A stretch of DNA of 64,000 nt from Lautropia sp. (GCA_030523825.1 JAUNHU010000003.1:3346-67345); one strand, 5' to 3'. Counted from the stretch's first letter, positions 26,906 through 39,670 are shown. A program made the numbers and translations. Notes: generated from the letters alone by a model not told the origin.

Positions 26906-29900
26906 ATGCGTCTGAGAACCCCGTCTGCCACTGCCTCCCGAAGACTGACCATTCCCGCCCTGCTGGTGGCCCTCGTGCTGGGCGGACTGGGCACGCCCGG
27001 CTCCGCCCCCATCGCCCGCGAGAGCGCACCGGCCTCCACCACGGCACCATCTGCCACGCAGGCATCAGGCAGCAAGGAAGCAACGCTCCCGGCTTCGCAG
27101 ACATCAGGCAAGGACGCAACCGCACCAGCTGCGCAGACAGCCCCGGCGGCCACCATCGGCAGCGACAGGCAGGCCGCCGTGGTCTCTGCCACCACCCCCA
27201 CCGCCATCGACGGCATCGTGCAGGTGGGCCAGGCCATCAACGGCATCAGCGAATACCGGCTGAAGAACGGCCTCACCGTGCTGTTGGGCCCCGATGAATC
27301 CAAGCCGACGATGACGGTGAATCTCACCTACAAGGTAGGTTCTCGTCACGAGGGCCCCGGTGAAGCCGGCATGGCGCATCTGCTGGAACACATGCTGTTC
27401 AAGGGCACCGAAAAGATTCCCGACCCCAAGAAGGAACTGACGAAACGCGGCATCGACTGGAACGGCACCACCTGGTACGACCGCACCAATTATTTCGGCC
27501 AGTTCAACGCCAGCGATGCCACGCGCGACTGGATGCTGGAATGGCTGTCGGACACGATGACCAACGTGCGCATCTCGGCCGACAAGCTGAAGGGCGAGCG
27601 TCCCATCGTCATCAACGAGATGCAGGCCAGCGAAAACCGCCCGGCCACCGTGCTCTATCAGCAGCTGATGAACACCGCCTACGGTTTTCATCCCTATGGC
27701 CGCTCGGTCATCGGCGTGCAGTCCGATCTGGATGAAGTCTCACCGGGCAGCCTGCAGGCGTTCTACAAGAGCTATTACCGCCCCGACAACGCGGTGCTCA
27801 TCATCACCGGCAAGTTCGACGTGGAGCCCACGCTGGCTGCCGTGCAGAAAGCCTTTGGCGGCATCGCCCGGCCCGACGCTGCCGTGCCGCAGCCCTACAC
27901 GCTGGATGCCGCTCAGAATGGCGAGCGCGAGGTGGTGCTTCGCCGCACCGGCGGCGTGCCGCTGATGCTGGTGGGCTATCACACGCCGGCAGGCGCCGAA
28001 CGCGATACCGTGGCGCTGGCGATACTCGCCGAAATGCTGACGCGCGAACCCGATGGCCCGCTGCACCAGCAATTGGTAAAAACAGGGCTTGCAGCCAGCG
28101 TGGGTGGTTCCACCACCGATCTGTTCGACCCCGGCATGCTGGTGATGAACGCGACACTTGCCGATGTCGGCAAGCAGAAGGCCGTGTGGGACACCATGCG
28201 CCGGGTGCTGGAAGACGAACTGCCGCTCACGCAGGAGTCGCTGAACCGCACGAAGCAGGACGTGCGCAACTACATGAAGCGTCTGCTGGATGACCCCGAA
28301 TCGCTGGCGATGAGCCTGACCGAAAGCATCGCGCAGGGCGACTGGCGCCTGATGTTCGCGCAGAGCGACTGGGTCGAGACGATGACGCTGGACGAGATCC
28401 GCGCGGCCGGCAAGCGCTGGCTGGTGCGCGACAACCGCACGCTGGCCTGGTATCTGCCCACCCCCAAACCCGTGCGTGCGCCAGCCCCTTCCCGCCCCGA
28501 CATCGCCGCGCTGCTCAAAGACCATCCCTGGAAACAGGCCGAAGCCTTCAAGGCCGATTTCGAGATGAACCCGGCCAGCATCACCGAACGCACGCAGATC
28601 GGCAAGCTGGACAGCGGTCTCGAATATGCCTTGCTGCCAAGACAGGTGAAGGGCGATCGCGTGAGCGTGAACCTGCAACTGCAATGGGGCAACCTCGACA
28701 ACCTTAAGGGCCGCTGGCGTGAGGCCGACGGCATCAGCACCATGCTGCTGTCGGGCACGCGCACGCTGTCGCGCCAGCAACTGCAGGACAAGCTGCGCGC
28801 ACTCGATGCCGCTCTCGACGTGAATGCCGATGCCGACGGCCTGACGCTCGCACTGCATGTGCCGGCAAAGAATCTGGATGAGGCGCTGGCGCTGGGCATC
28901 AGCACCATCCGCGAGCCAGTGTTCCCGGCCGACATCTTCCGGGAAAGAATGGATGCCTCGCTCACCCGTATCCAGGCGCAGCGCCACCAGCCCGATGCGC
29001 TGGTGTCCGAAGCACTTGGCGCCCGCACCCATGCCTACCCGGCCGATGACCCGCGCCACGTCCGCAACATCGACCAGGTGATTGCCGACGCGAAGAAACA
29101 GACGCCCGAACGGCTGGCGAAGTTCTGGCAGGACTTTGCCGGCGCCTCGCACGGTCAGTTCTCGGCCGTGGGCAATTTCAATCCCGAGACGCTGAAAGCC
29201 TCCCTGCAGAAACTGCTGGGCGACTGGAAGAGCCCGCAAGCCTACGCACGCATCGAAAAGCCCTTCCACGGCCTGCCCGGCGAGCAGGTGTATCTGAGCG
29301 TGCCCGACAAGGCCAATGCGGTGTTCTATCAGGGACGCAGCATTCCGGTATCGGAAGACCACCCGGATTACCCCGCCCTGTCGATGGCGATCCGGCTGCT
29401 GGGCGGCAACCCCGGCACCCGCATTTCCAACCGCCTGCGCGAACAGGAAAGCATCAGCTACGGTGCCTATGCCACCCTCTCGGCCCAGCGTGACATCAAC
29501 GATGCCACGATCGCCATCCGCGCCATCCTGGCTCCCGCCAACCTGATGCGTCTGGAAAAGGCACTGGCCGAGGAAATCGACAAGACGCTGAAGGAAGGCT
29601 TCACGCAGCAGGAGCTGGATTCGGCGCGCGGTGCCCTGCAGGATCTGCGCAAGCAGTATCTGTCGGGTGAAGGCAACGTGTCGGGTCTGCTCGTCAGCAA
29701 TCTCTACTGGGACAGCACCATGAAGCGCTGGACCGATTACGACGAGAAGCTGGCGAAGCTGACGCTGGACGACGTGAACGCCGCCTTCCGCAAATGGTTT
29801 GACCCCAAGAAATCGCTCACCATCGGCGCCGGCAGCTTCAAGGAAACGCCCGTGCCCGCCATCCCGGTGAACGAGGACGACAAGGACGGCCAGGACGGCA

Positions 29901-29917
29901 AGCCCGCACAGCCCTGA
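26906..29917 (+). CDS. Exported M16 zinc peptidase (pitrilysin/PqqL-like)
   Basis: Signal peptide, LKNGLTV, HLLEH (HxxEH), NGTT..DRTNYF, YYRPDNA and RLREQESISY. Confidence 0.92.
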   Translation: MRLRTPSATASRRLTIPALLVALVLGGLGTPGSAPIARESAPASTTAPSATQASGSKEATLPASQTSGKDATAPAAQTAPAATIGSDRQAAVVSATTPTAIDGIVQVGQAINGISEYRLKNGLTVLLGPDESKPTMTVNLTYKVGSRHEGPGEAGMAHLLEHMLFKGTEKIPDPKKELTKRGIDWNGTTWYDRTNYFGQFNASDATRDWMLEWLSDTMTNVRISADKLKGERPIVINEMQASENRPATVLYQQLMNTAYGFHPYGRSVIGVQSDLDEVSPGSLQAFYKSYYRPDNAVLIITGKFDVEPTLAAVQKAFGGIARPDAAVPQPYTLDAAQNGEREVVLRRTGGVPLMLVGYHTPAGAERDTVALAILAEMLTREPDGPLHQQLVKTGLAASVGGSTTDLFDPGMLVMNATLADVGKQKAVWDTMRRVLEDELPLTQESLNRTKQDVRNYMKRLLDDPESLAMSLTESIAQGDWRLMFAQSDWVETMTLDEIRAAGKRWLVRDNRTLAWYLPTPKPVRAPAPSRPDIAALLKDHPWKQAEAFKADFEMNPASITERTQIGKLDSGLEYALLPRQVKGDRVSVNLQLQWGNLDNLKGRWREADGISTMLLSGTRTLSRQQLQDKLRALDAALDVNADADGLTLALHVPAKNLDEALALGISTIREPVFPADIFRERMDASLTRIQAQRHQPDALVSEALGARTHAYPADDPRHVRNIDQVIADAKKQTPERLAKFWQDFAGASHGQFSAVGNFNPETLKASLQKLLGDWKSPQAYARIEKPFHGLPGEQVYLSVPDKANAVFYQGRSIPVSEDHPDYPALSMAIRLLGGNPGTRISNRLREQESISYGAYATLSAQRDINDATIAIRAILAPANLMRLEKALAEEIDKTLKEGFTQQELDSARGALQDLRKQYLSGEGNVSGLLVSNLYWDSTMKRWTDYDEKLAKLTLDDVNAAFRKWFDPKKSLTIGAGSFKETPVPAIPVNEDDKDGQDGKPAQP

Positions 29918-30392
29918 GCGATGTCAGGGAAACGGCAGCATCAGCTTCCGTAACCCGCATGCAACACCTGCAACCACGGGGCACATCTTCACCGGATGTG
30001 CCCCGTCGTTTTTTGCATGACAGCGCGACGCCATGCACGTACCGCATCCGGCCTGCGGGCTGCCGGCAATCGGCCCGCTGTTGCAACGCGCCAACGCCCG
30101 ACTCCTCCGCCCAAAACACCGGCAGGAAAATTTCTGCGCAGCCCCCAAAAGCCCGCACGCCTCCCTTACCATAGGGACTGATTTTTGCCGGGTGACACTG
30201 CCCGATATCCCGAATTCCGCGCCGCCATCGTGCGGCGTTTTCAATGCTGCCGGTGCGGGGCATTCCAGTGCGCACGCTTCTGTCAGACACCTCCCGGGCC
30301 ATGCCGCCCGGACAGACACGCAGCACCCGAAGCCTCCCCTGCCAACACCGGCAGAACTGTCTCACTCTCGGCCTTTTTTTAGCCCGCGCATC

Positions 30393-31943
30393 ATGTTTCG
30401 CTCGATCTGGTCCATTTCCTCCCTCCTGATCGGCCTGGGCATCCTGCTCGTAGGCTCTGGCCTGCTGGGCATGCTGATCGGCCTGCGCGGCGTGAACGCC
30501 GGCTTCAGCAACATCACGCTGGGCATGATGATGACCGGCTATTACGTGGGCTACATCAGCGGCGCGTGGATCTGTCCCCGCATCATCCGGCGGGTGGGCC
30601 ACGTGCGCTGCTTCGCCAGCTTCGCCGCCCTTTGTGCCGCCCTCACCCTCACCTACGGCATGGTCGTCGATCCGTGGGTGTGGTTCGGGCTGCGGGTGCT
30701 CAATGGCCTGTCGATCATGGGCATCTACATGGTCATCGAGAGCTGGCTGAACGAACGCAGTCAGGCCAACCCCGGCACCCAGGGCAGCATCTTCGCTGTC
30801 TACATGATGGTGACTCTCGTCACCGTGGCCATCGGTCAGTACATGATCGCGTTCTACGGGGCGAACGCGCTCGAATCCTTCGTCATCGCCGCCATCCTGT
30901 TCTGTCTGGGCCTGCTGCCGATCTCGCTCACCCCGGTGCCGCAGCCACTGCCCATCACCGCACCCTCGCTGTCGCTCAAGTCCCTGGCAAAGTATTCACC
31001 CACCGGCGTGGCCGGCTCCTTCTGCTCGGGTCTGGTGCTTGGCTCGTTCTGGGCGCTCACCGCCATCTATGGCCGGGGGCTGGGCTTCACCGACATCGAC
31101 ATCGCCAACTTCACGGCAGCCGCCATCTTCGGTGGCGCGCTGCTGCAATGGCCCATCGGCTGGTGCTCCGATCATTTCGACCGCCGCAAGGTGCTGACCG
31201 TGGTCGCCATCGGCGCCACCCTCACCCTGCTGGCGCTCAGCGAACTCGAACACCTGATGGGCGGCAAGGCGCCCCCCAACGCCTATGTGGCCGTCTCCGC
31301 CATCATGGGCATCTTCATCTTCTCGCTCTACGGCCTGTCGGTGGCACAAACTGTCGACCGCGTTCCGGCCAGCGAGGCGCTGGAAGCCACCCGCGGGCTC
31401 CTGCTGCTGCACGGCATCGGCGCGGCCATCGGCCCCATGCTCAGCGGCACCGCATTGCAGATACTGGGCGAACGCGGTTTTCCGCAGGCCACCGCCCTGA
31501 TGACCCTGCTACTCGCCATCTTTGCCTTCGTGCGCACCTGGCTGGAAGCGCCAGTGCCTATCGAAGAACGCAGCCCCTTCCAGGTGCTGGACCAGACCTC
31601 GCCAGTGGCAATGGAGATGCACCCCCACGCCGATGCGCCGCTGGCTGACAACACGCCCGAGACGCCCGCCGAAGAACAGCCCGCCATCAGCCCCGAGGAA
31701 GCCGAGGCAGCTGCCGTGGCTGCCATTGCCACCGCACACGAAGTGGCCACCGTGGCAGCCGAAGCCGCCAGTACGGCAGGCGAGGCAACCGAGGACACCG
31801 GGCACGCAGCAGACGCCGGTGCAGCAGACGCCGATGAGTCCGCCGGCACCGCCAACGAGGCTGAATCCGCAGGCGCAAAAGGCGCCAGCCCCACCACCAC
31901 GACGGATGGCGATACGGATGAACACGGCCCGGTGCAACGGTAA
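30393..31943 (+). CDS. MFS transporter (YcaD-like) with acidic tail
   Basis: About 12 TM segments, RRVGHVRCF, VIESWLN, QWPIG..SD.FDRR. Confidence 0.9.
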   Translation: MFRSIWSISSLLIGLGILLVGSGLLGMLIGLRGVNAGFSNITLGMMMTGYYVGYISGAWICPRIIRRVGHVRCFASFAALCAALTLTYGMVVDPWVWFGLRVLNGLSIMGIYMVIESWLNERSQANPGTQGSIFAVYMMVTLVTVAIGQYMIAFYGANALESFVIAAILFCLGLLPISLTPVPQPLPITAPSLSLKSLAKYSPTGVAGSFCSGLVLGSFWALTAIYGRGLGFTDIDIANFTAAAIFGGALLQWPIGWCSDHFDRRKVLTVVAIGATLTLLALSELEHLMGGKAPPNAYVAVSAIMGIFIFSLYGLSVAQTVDRVPASEALEATRGLLLLHGIGAAIGPMLSGTALQILGERGFPQATALMTLLLAIFAFVRTWLEAPVPIEERSPFQVLDQTSPVAMEMHPHADAPLADNTPETPAEEQPAISPEEAEAAAVAAIATAHEVATVAAEAASTAGEATEDTGHAADAGAADADESAGTANEAESAGAKGASPTTTTDGDTDEHGPVQR

Positions 31944-32333
31944 CGCCAGCCAAAGCCGACACCAGGGGCATCGCCTCACCCGGGACAACCGATTCGCCTG
32001 AGCACACCGGATCTGCCCAGCCGGAGGTTCAATCGAAACTCCCCGGCCCCCTCCTGACGAGGCCTCCCGCGATACCCGAGCCGGCAGCCCCCTTCGGGTT
32101 GCCCCCAATGCCAGACGTTCGCCCGATAGCGGATGCTGATGTATTCTTTGCCTTCCCGATGCGCGCCAGATCCGGCCGCGATGCCTGCCACGCAAGGCAA
32201 ATGGCCCGAATCGCCGGCAGGGCCACCCACGGGTTTGCGCCCGGAATGTTGCGCCCCGAATGGCCAGCCGCCAGAGCACCTGCCCCGTCGGCCGGGATGG
32301 CGCGCACTTTCTTCATCTCACGAGACTCCATTC

Positions 32334-33458
32334 ATGAAGCGTTTCCGCCTGACATCCATTGCATCCGCCATGATCATCGCCGGATCGCTGAGCGCATCCG
32401 CCGCCCAGGCTGCCGACAACCTGCGCATCGGTCTGGCCGGCCCCACCACCGGCCCGGTCACGCAGTACGGCAACATGGTGCGCGAAGGCGCCCTCACCGC
32501 CATCGAACTCATCAATGCAGCCGGCGGCGTCAATGGTCGCCAGCTGGAAGCCGTCATCTACGACGACGCCTGCGAACCCAAGCAGGGCCCCATTGCCGCC
32601 AACCGTGCCGTCAATGACGAAATCTCCTACGTGGTCGGCCACGTCTGCTCGGGTGCCACCATTGCCGCCGCCCCGGTCTACGACGAGGAGGGCATCGTGA
32701 TGGTCACGCCGTCGGCCACCGCCCCGGCTCTCACCGACGGCAAGAACTACGAATACATCTTCCGCGTCACCGGCCGTGACGACCAGCAGGGCCCGGCCGC
32801 CGCCAAGTACATCCTCGACAAGGCCAAGCCGAAAAAGGTCGCCATCCTGCACGACAAGCAGTCCTATGGTCAGGGCATTGCCGCCTCGGTGCGCGACACC
32901 CTCGCCAAGGGCGGCGTGAAGGCGGTGCTGTTCGAGGGCATCAATGCCGGTGACAGCGACTACTCCGCCGTCATCACCAAACTGCGCAGCAACGGTGTCG
33001 ATTTCGTCTACTACGGCGGCTATCACCCGGAAATGGGTCTGCTGCTGCGTCAGGCAGCCGAACAGGGCGTGAAGGCCACCTTCATGGGCCCCGAGGGCGC
33101 GGGCAACCCCGACATCAACGCCATTGCCGGCGATGCGGTCGAGGGCATGCTGGTCACGCTGCCACGCGACTTCTCCACCGACCCGGCCAACGCCGCACTG
33201 GTCAAGGCCTTCAAGGACAAGAAACGTGATGCCAGCGGCGCCTTCCAGCTGTCGGCCTACTCGGCCGTGCAGGCCATCGTCGAAGCCGTGAAGGCTGCCG
33301 GCGACGACCCCGAAAAGGTTGCCGCCTGGCTGCGCGACAACACGGTGAAGACGCCGGTGGGCGACCTCACCTGGAACGCCCAGGGCGACCTGAACAGCTA
33401 CCCCTACGATGTCTTCACCTGGCACAAGGACGGCAGCAAGACCTCGCTGAGCAAGTAA
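32334..33458 (+). CDS. livJ: Branched-chain amino acid ABC transporter substrate-binding protein
   Basis: GPTTG.V.QYG, DDACEPKQ, VVGHVCSGAT, HDKQSYGQG, YYGGYHPEMG (LivJ/LivK family). Confidence 0.93.
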   Translation: MKRFRLTSIASAMIIAGSLSASAAQAADNLRIGLAGPTTGPVTQYGNMVREGALTAIELINAAGGVNGRQLEAVIYDDACEPKQGPIAANRAVNDEISYVVGHVCSGATIAAAPVYDEEGIVMVTPSATAPALTDGKNYEYIFRVTGRDDQQGPAAAKYILDKAKPKKVAILHDKQSYGQGIAASVRDTLAKGGVKAVLFEGINAGDSDYSAVITKLRSNGVDFVYYGGYHPEMGLLLRQAAEQGVKATFMGPEGAGNPDINAIAGDAVEGMLVTLPRDFSTDPANAALVKAFKDKKRDASGAFQLSAYSAVQAIVEAVKAAGDDPEKVAAWLRDNTVKTPVGDLTWNAQGDLNSYPYDVFTWHKDGSKTSLSK

Positions 33459-34146
33459 CCCCAGCCCGCAGACCTCCCAGGCCAGGGGTCTATCTGTCCG
33501 GCGGCAGGCTGGGCATCCGCAGGTCAAACGTGCTGAAGCACCACAGACCTGACGATGCCTGCCCTGCCGCTTTCCTGTTTCTACTGCTTTCGCTGTTTGC
33601 TGCCCCCCGCTCCTCTGTTCCGGCACCCTTGATCATAATTTTGCATGCAGGAATTCAAAATTCATCAGATAACCACCTCTGGACGCCTGCTGTCGACCTA
33701 TTTTCCAGCCAAGACACATCCGCAAGACACAGGCGTCACAACCGGTCGTGCAAACAGGCCCCAACGATGACAGAACCCCGCCCGGGCCTTATCATTGCAT
33801 CTGCCAAGAGATGCGCGGCTTTCGGCCAGCAACAAGCGGCGTCCCCTACCCCCTCAGACGACCGTTTTCAGTGCTGATGCCCTGAAAGCCGATGTGCATC
33901 GGCTCCTCCTGCAAGGCATCCGGTCTTCCGGTTGCTTCCCTGCCATCGTCGCCCACAAGGCGGCACGGCTTGCCCCACGGGCCACCCTTATCTCCCGGCC
34001 CCACTGCCACGCAGGAAAACGTCTTCTCCCGGGATGAAGACCGTTTTCGGCCCTGCCTGCATCTGCATTATTCATTCACTGCCGTCCATCGGCGCACAGC
34101 CGTCAGCCCGACCCGTGCCCGTGCCGGCAGCCCTGTAGCCACGCCC

Positions 34147-35072
<926 letters not shown>

Positions 35073-35073
<1 letters not shown>

Positions 35074-36329
35074 TGGCAGCCACCCTGAAAAACGCCGTCA
35101 TCGCCGCACTGATGGCGGCCATCCTCACTGCGCCCGTGCTGGGCCTGCAACTGGTGCGCGAAGGCGCCAGCACCACCCTGCACACCCACTGGACGCCGAT
35201 ACTGGCCGCAGCCGGCATCGTCTTTGCCTTCCAGCTGCTGCGCCCCGCGCTCTGCCGGCTGTTTGGCGGGCTGGGCCTGCACCGCGCCACCTCGGCGCTG
35301 CGCTTCGACCCGAAGCACGGCTCCACCGCCCGCACCCTGCTCCTGGCCCTGCTCATCGTGGCGGCAGTCGTCTGGCCCTTCTTCGGCAGCCGCAACCAGG
35401 TCGACATCGCCACCATCGTGCTCATCTATGTGATGCTGGCGCTGGGTCTCAACATCGTCGTCGGCTTCGCCGGCCTGCTCGACCTCGGCTTCGTCGGTTT
35501 CTACGCCGTGGGCGCCTACACCTATGCACTGCTGCATCACTGGGCCGACTGGAGCTTCTGGCAGGCGCTGCCGCTCTCGGGCGCCGCCGCCGCACTCTTT
35601 GGCTTCCTGCTGGGCTTTCCGGTGCTGCGGCTGCGGGGCGACTACCTCGCCATCGTCACCCTCGGCTTTGGCGAGATCATCCGCCTGCTGCTCATCAACC
35701 TCACCGACTGGACGGGCGGCCCCGACGGCATTTCCGGCATCCCCAAGCCCACCGTGTTTGGCTGGGAAATGACCCGCCGCGCCAGCGAGCCCGGCACCGA
35801 GACCTTCCACCAGATGATGGGCTGGAGCTTCTCCAACACCCACATGGTCATCTACCTGTACCTGATGGCACTGGTGCTCGCCCTCGTCACCCTGTTCGTC
35901 TCCAACCGCCTCATCCGCATGCCGGTGGGCCGCGCCTGGGAAGCCCTGCGCGAAGACGAGATCGCCTGCCGCTCGCTGGGCCTCAACCCCACCCGCATCA
36001 AGCTCTCGGCCTTCACGCTGGGCGCCATGTTCGCCGGCTTCGGCGGCGCCTTCTTTGCCGCACGTCAGGGCCTCGTCAATCCCGAATCCTTCACCTTCAT
36101 CGAATCCGCCCTCATCCTCGCCATCGTCGTGCTGGGTGGCATGGGTTCGCAGCTGGGCGTCATCCTCGCTGCCATCATCCTCACCGTGCTGCCCGAAGTG
36201 GCCCGTGAATTTGCCGAATACCGGATGCTGCTGTTCGGTCTGGTCATGGTGCTGATGATGATGTGGCGCCCCGAAGGGCTACTGCCCGTGAAACGCCCGC
36301 ACGTGGCACTCGACGACAAGGGGGCATGA
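35073..36329 (+). CDS. livM: Branched-chain amino acid ABC permease LivM
   Basis: [42 protein letters not shown]; start overlaps the livH stop (TGATG). Confidence 0.96.
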
Positions 36330-36443
36330 TGACATCGAGCCCTGCCCGCCTTCCCGCATCCGGTGGGTGGCCCTGCCTCCCGGCAGCCGGCACCACCCGC
36401 CGCCCTTTCGCCCCAACCCATGTCACCAGGAAAGAGCCCATTC

Positions 36444-37226
<783 letters not shown>

Positions 37227-37300
37227 ATGACAATCTTCTCTCGCCCCCAAGAATTTCGTCAGGCAGCCAGATACCCGAATCGCTGACCGGAAAGCACACC

Positions 37301-38047
37301 ATGACATCCACTTCCAACGCCACCGCCGGTACAGCAGCCCCCTCGATGCTCCGCCTCGAAGGCGTCAGCACCTTCTACGGCCCCATCCAGGCACTGCACA
37401 ACGTCAGCCTCGACGTGCGCCAGGGCGAAATCGTCACCCTCATCGGCAGCAACGGCGCCGGCAAGACCACCCTGCTCATGACCGTCTGCGGCAACCCGCG
37501 CGCCGCCAGCGGCCGCATCCTGTTCGAGGGACAGGACATCGGCAAGACCGACAGCCACCTCATCATGCGCAACGGCATCGCCATCTCCCCCGAAGGCCGC
37601 CGCATATTCGCCGACATGAGCGTCGAGGAAAACCTGCAGATGGGCGGCTTCTTTCTCGACAAGCACGCCATCGCCGAAGGCATCGAACACGTCTACACCC
37701 TGTTTCCGCGCCTGCGCGAACGCGCCCACCAGCGTGCCGGCACCATGTCCGGCGGCGAACAGCAGATGCTCGCCATCGGCCGCGCCCTGATGAGCAAACC
37801 GCGCCTGCTGCTGCTCGACGAACCCACCCTCGGCCTCGCCCCGCTCATCATCGCGCAGATCTTCGAGATCATCGAAACCATCCGCAGCGAAGGCGTCACC
37901 GTCTTCCTCGTCGAACAGAACGCCAACCGCGCCCTGCAACTCGCCGACCGCGGCTACGTCCTCGAAAACGGCCACATCATCCTCGAAGACACCGGCGCCA
38001 ACCTGCTCGCCAACGACGACATCCGGAAGGCTTATCTGGGGGTTTGA
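37301..38047 (+). CDS. livF: Branched-chain amino acid ABC ATPase LivF
   Basis: GSNGAGKTT, PEGRRIF, MSGGEQQMLAIGRAL, LVEQNA, IRKAYLG. Confidence 0.96.
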   Translation: MTSTSNATAGTAAPSMLRLEGVSTFYGPIQALHNVSLDVRQGEIVTLIGSNGAGKTTLLMTVCGNPRAASGRILFEGQDIGKTDSHLIMRNGIAISPEGRRIFADMSVEENLQMGGFFLDKHAIAEGIEHVYTLFPRLRERAHQRAGTMSGGEQQMLAIGRALMSKPRLLLLDEPTLGLAPLIIAQIFEIIETIRSEGVTVFLVEQNANRALQLADRGYVLENGHIILEDTGANLLANDDIRKAYLGV

Positions 38048-38081
38048 GCACCCCACCCTATTCAGATACAGGCAATAAAGC

Positions 38082-38468
38082 TCACGCCACAACCAGGCTT
38101 CCGCCATACCGAATGACCTGCTCATCCGCGCTGACCAAGGTCATTCCTTCCACCCTGGCCTGCGCGATCAGCAGGCGATCGAAGGGATCTTTGTGGAAAG
38201 GGGGCAATCCCTGCACCATGAAAGCGTGCATGCCATTGATGGGTAGCTCCTGGTACCCATTATCGAACAGTTCTCTGCGAAATGCCGCCGCATCAACCTG
38301 AAAGTCGTCTCGCCCCAAAGAGGACTTGATGGCAATTTCCCAGATGCTTGCCGCACTGAAGAACAGATCGTTGGATACAGACTCAACAATCTCCCGAACC
38401 GGGGAATCCTGTCTCAACCTGTCTTCAGCCAGCCAAAGCAGAACGTGAGTATCAAACAGATACTTCAT
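38082..38468 (-). CDS. vapC: PIN-domain (VapC) toxin
   Basis: YLFDTHVLLW, SAASIWEIAIK, HKDPFDRLLIAQA..E.MTLVSAD. Confidence 0.93.
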   Translation of the reverse strand: MKYLFDTHVLLWLAEDRLRQDSPVREIVESVSNDLFFSAASIWEIAIKSSLGRDDFQVDAAAFRRELFDNGYQELPINGMHAFMVQGLPPFHKDPFDRLLIAQARVEGMTLVSADEQVIRYGGSLVVA

Positions 38469-38713
38469 TTCCCGCCCAGTCCAAACATGTCGAGAATCTC
38501 GTCCTGCCCCATCGTATCGAAGTCCGCGGGAACCTTCAGCTTGCCCTTCATGAACCCGATTCTGCGCGGCGCCTGAACAGGTGTTTCCCAGGGAGACAAC
38601 TTGGCCAGTGGCTTGCCGGCTTTGGCAATAACCACGGTCTCGCCCTGAGCGACTCTTTCAAGCAAGCGGGACAGATGCGTTTTTGCTTCGTGGACGTTGA
38701 CTTGCTCCATCAT
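38465..38713 (-). CDS. Phd/YefM-family antitoxin
   Basis: VNVHEAKTHLSRLLERV..GE.VVIAKAGKPLAKL; ATGA overlap with the toxin gene. Confidence 0.93.
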   Translation of the reverse strand: MMEQVNVHEAKTHLSRLLERVAQGETVVIAKAGKPLAKLSPWETPVQAPRRIGFMKGKLKVPADFDTMGQDEILDMFGLGGK

Positions 38714-38738
38714 GACCCCCCTCTGAATGACACTAGTC

Positions 38739-38768
38739 TAGTCTATCAGACTAAGTTATGCCACTCAA
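38739..38768 (-). promoter_or_regulatory. TA operon promoter with overlapping palindromic operator
   Basis: Minus strand TTGAGT-17nt-TAGACT; palindrome TAGTCT-atc-AGACTA (38739-38753) overlaps the -10. Confidence 0.7.
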
Positions 38769-38843
38769 GCAGATCAACGCGCAAGCAGCTTGAGAAGCTC
38801 AGCAAACTTTCCCGCAACCAAAGCGCCCCACCGCGTCGATTTT

Positions 38844-38928
38844 GATGGTCACATCGCCCTCGAAGACAACACCGGCGACAAGCTGCTCACCAATGACGAT
38901 ATCCGCAAAGCGTATCTGGGGGTTTGAG
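38844..38928 (+). repeat. Diverged second copy of the livF 3' end (direct repeat of about 37967-38048)
   Basis: Translates DGHIALEDNTGDKLLTNDDIRKAYLGV* versus livF NGHIILEDTGANLLANDDIRKAYLGV*; identical 16-mer TATCTGGGGGTTTGAG. Confidence 0.9.
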
Positions 38929-39082
38929 AGGCAACCCCCTCTGCCATGCCATCCACAGCATCAACGGGCCTCAAATGGCATCTCTCCGCCTGCCTCCTGT
39001 GAGCCCCCTCCTTGCCCCCAACAGGCAACAATTTCGGGTTAGTCTAGACACACTTCATCCCAAACCACCCAAGGGTTACCCC

Positions 39083-39670
39083 ATGCAATTCGACCCCGCC
39101 TCCCTTTTCTGGATCAACCCGCCCAGACAGTCCCACATCGGGCAGGATGAAATCCGCATCGTCACCGAGCCGCACACCGACTACTGGCAGCGCACCTATT
39201 ACGGCTTTCAGAACGACAATGCCCACGCGCTGCTGACGAAAACCCGTGAGCCCTTCTTTTCGTTCGTCGTGAAGACGGCATTCGACAGCGAGCGGCGTTT
39301 CGATCAGTGTGGCGTGCTTGTCTACCAGAACAGCGACAACTGGCTGAAAGCATCCATCGAGTACGAGAACGAGCGATTCCAGCGCCTTGGCAGTGTCGTC
39401 ACCAATCACGGCTATTCCGACTGGGCCTCCACCGACATTCCCGCAGCACAGCGCAGCATGTACTACCGGCTCAGCCGGCGCCAGAGCGATTTCTGCGTGG
39501 AATGTTCGGAAGACGGCACGCACTTCCGGCAGATGCGCATTGCGCACCTTTTCGAGGGCGCCGATGAAATCAACATCGGCATCTATGCGTGCAGCCCCGA
39601 AGACTCCTCCTTCACCGCAACCTTTACCGGCATGCAGTTCACGGAATGCGCGTGGCTGGCGCACAAGTAA
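39083..39670 (+). CDS. DUF1349 (concanavalin-like) protein
   Basis: TDYWQRTYYGF.NDNA, FDQCG, WLKAS.EY, LGSVVTN.GYSDW, F.QMRI.HL, GIYACSP. Confidence 0.85.
   Translation: MQFDPASLFWINPPRQSHIGQDEIRIVTEPHTDYWQRTYYGFQNDNAHALLTKTREPFFSFVVKTAFDSERRFDQCGVLVYQNSDNWLKASIEYENERFQRLGSVVTNHGYSDWASTDIPAAQRSMYYRLSRRQSDFCVECSEDGTHFRQMRIAHLFEGADEINIGIYACSPEDSSFTATFTGMQFTECAWLAHK

Noticed and set aside
33854-33863. GGTCGTCTGA on the minus strand, resembling a Neisseria DNA uptake sequence variant
   Set aside because: A single imperfect occurrence; uptake sequences would be frequent across 64 kb.
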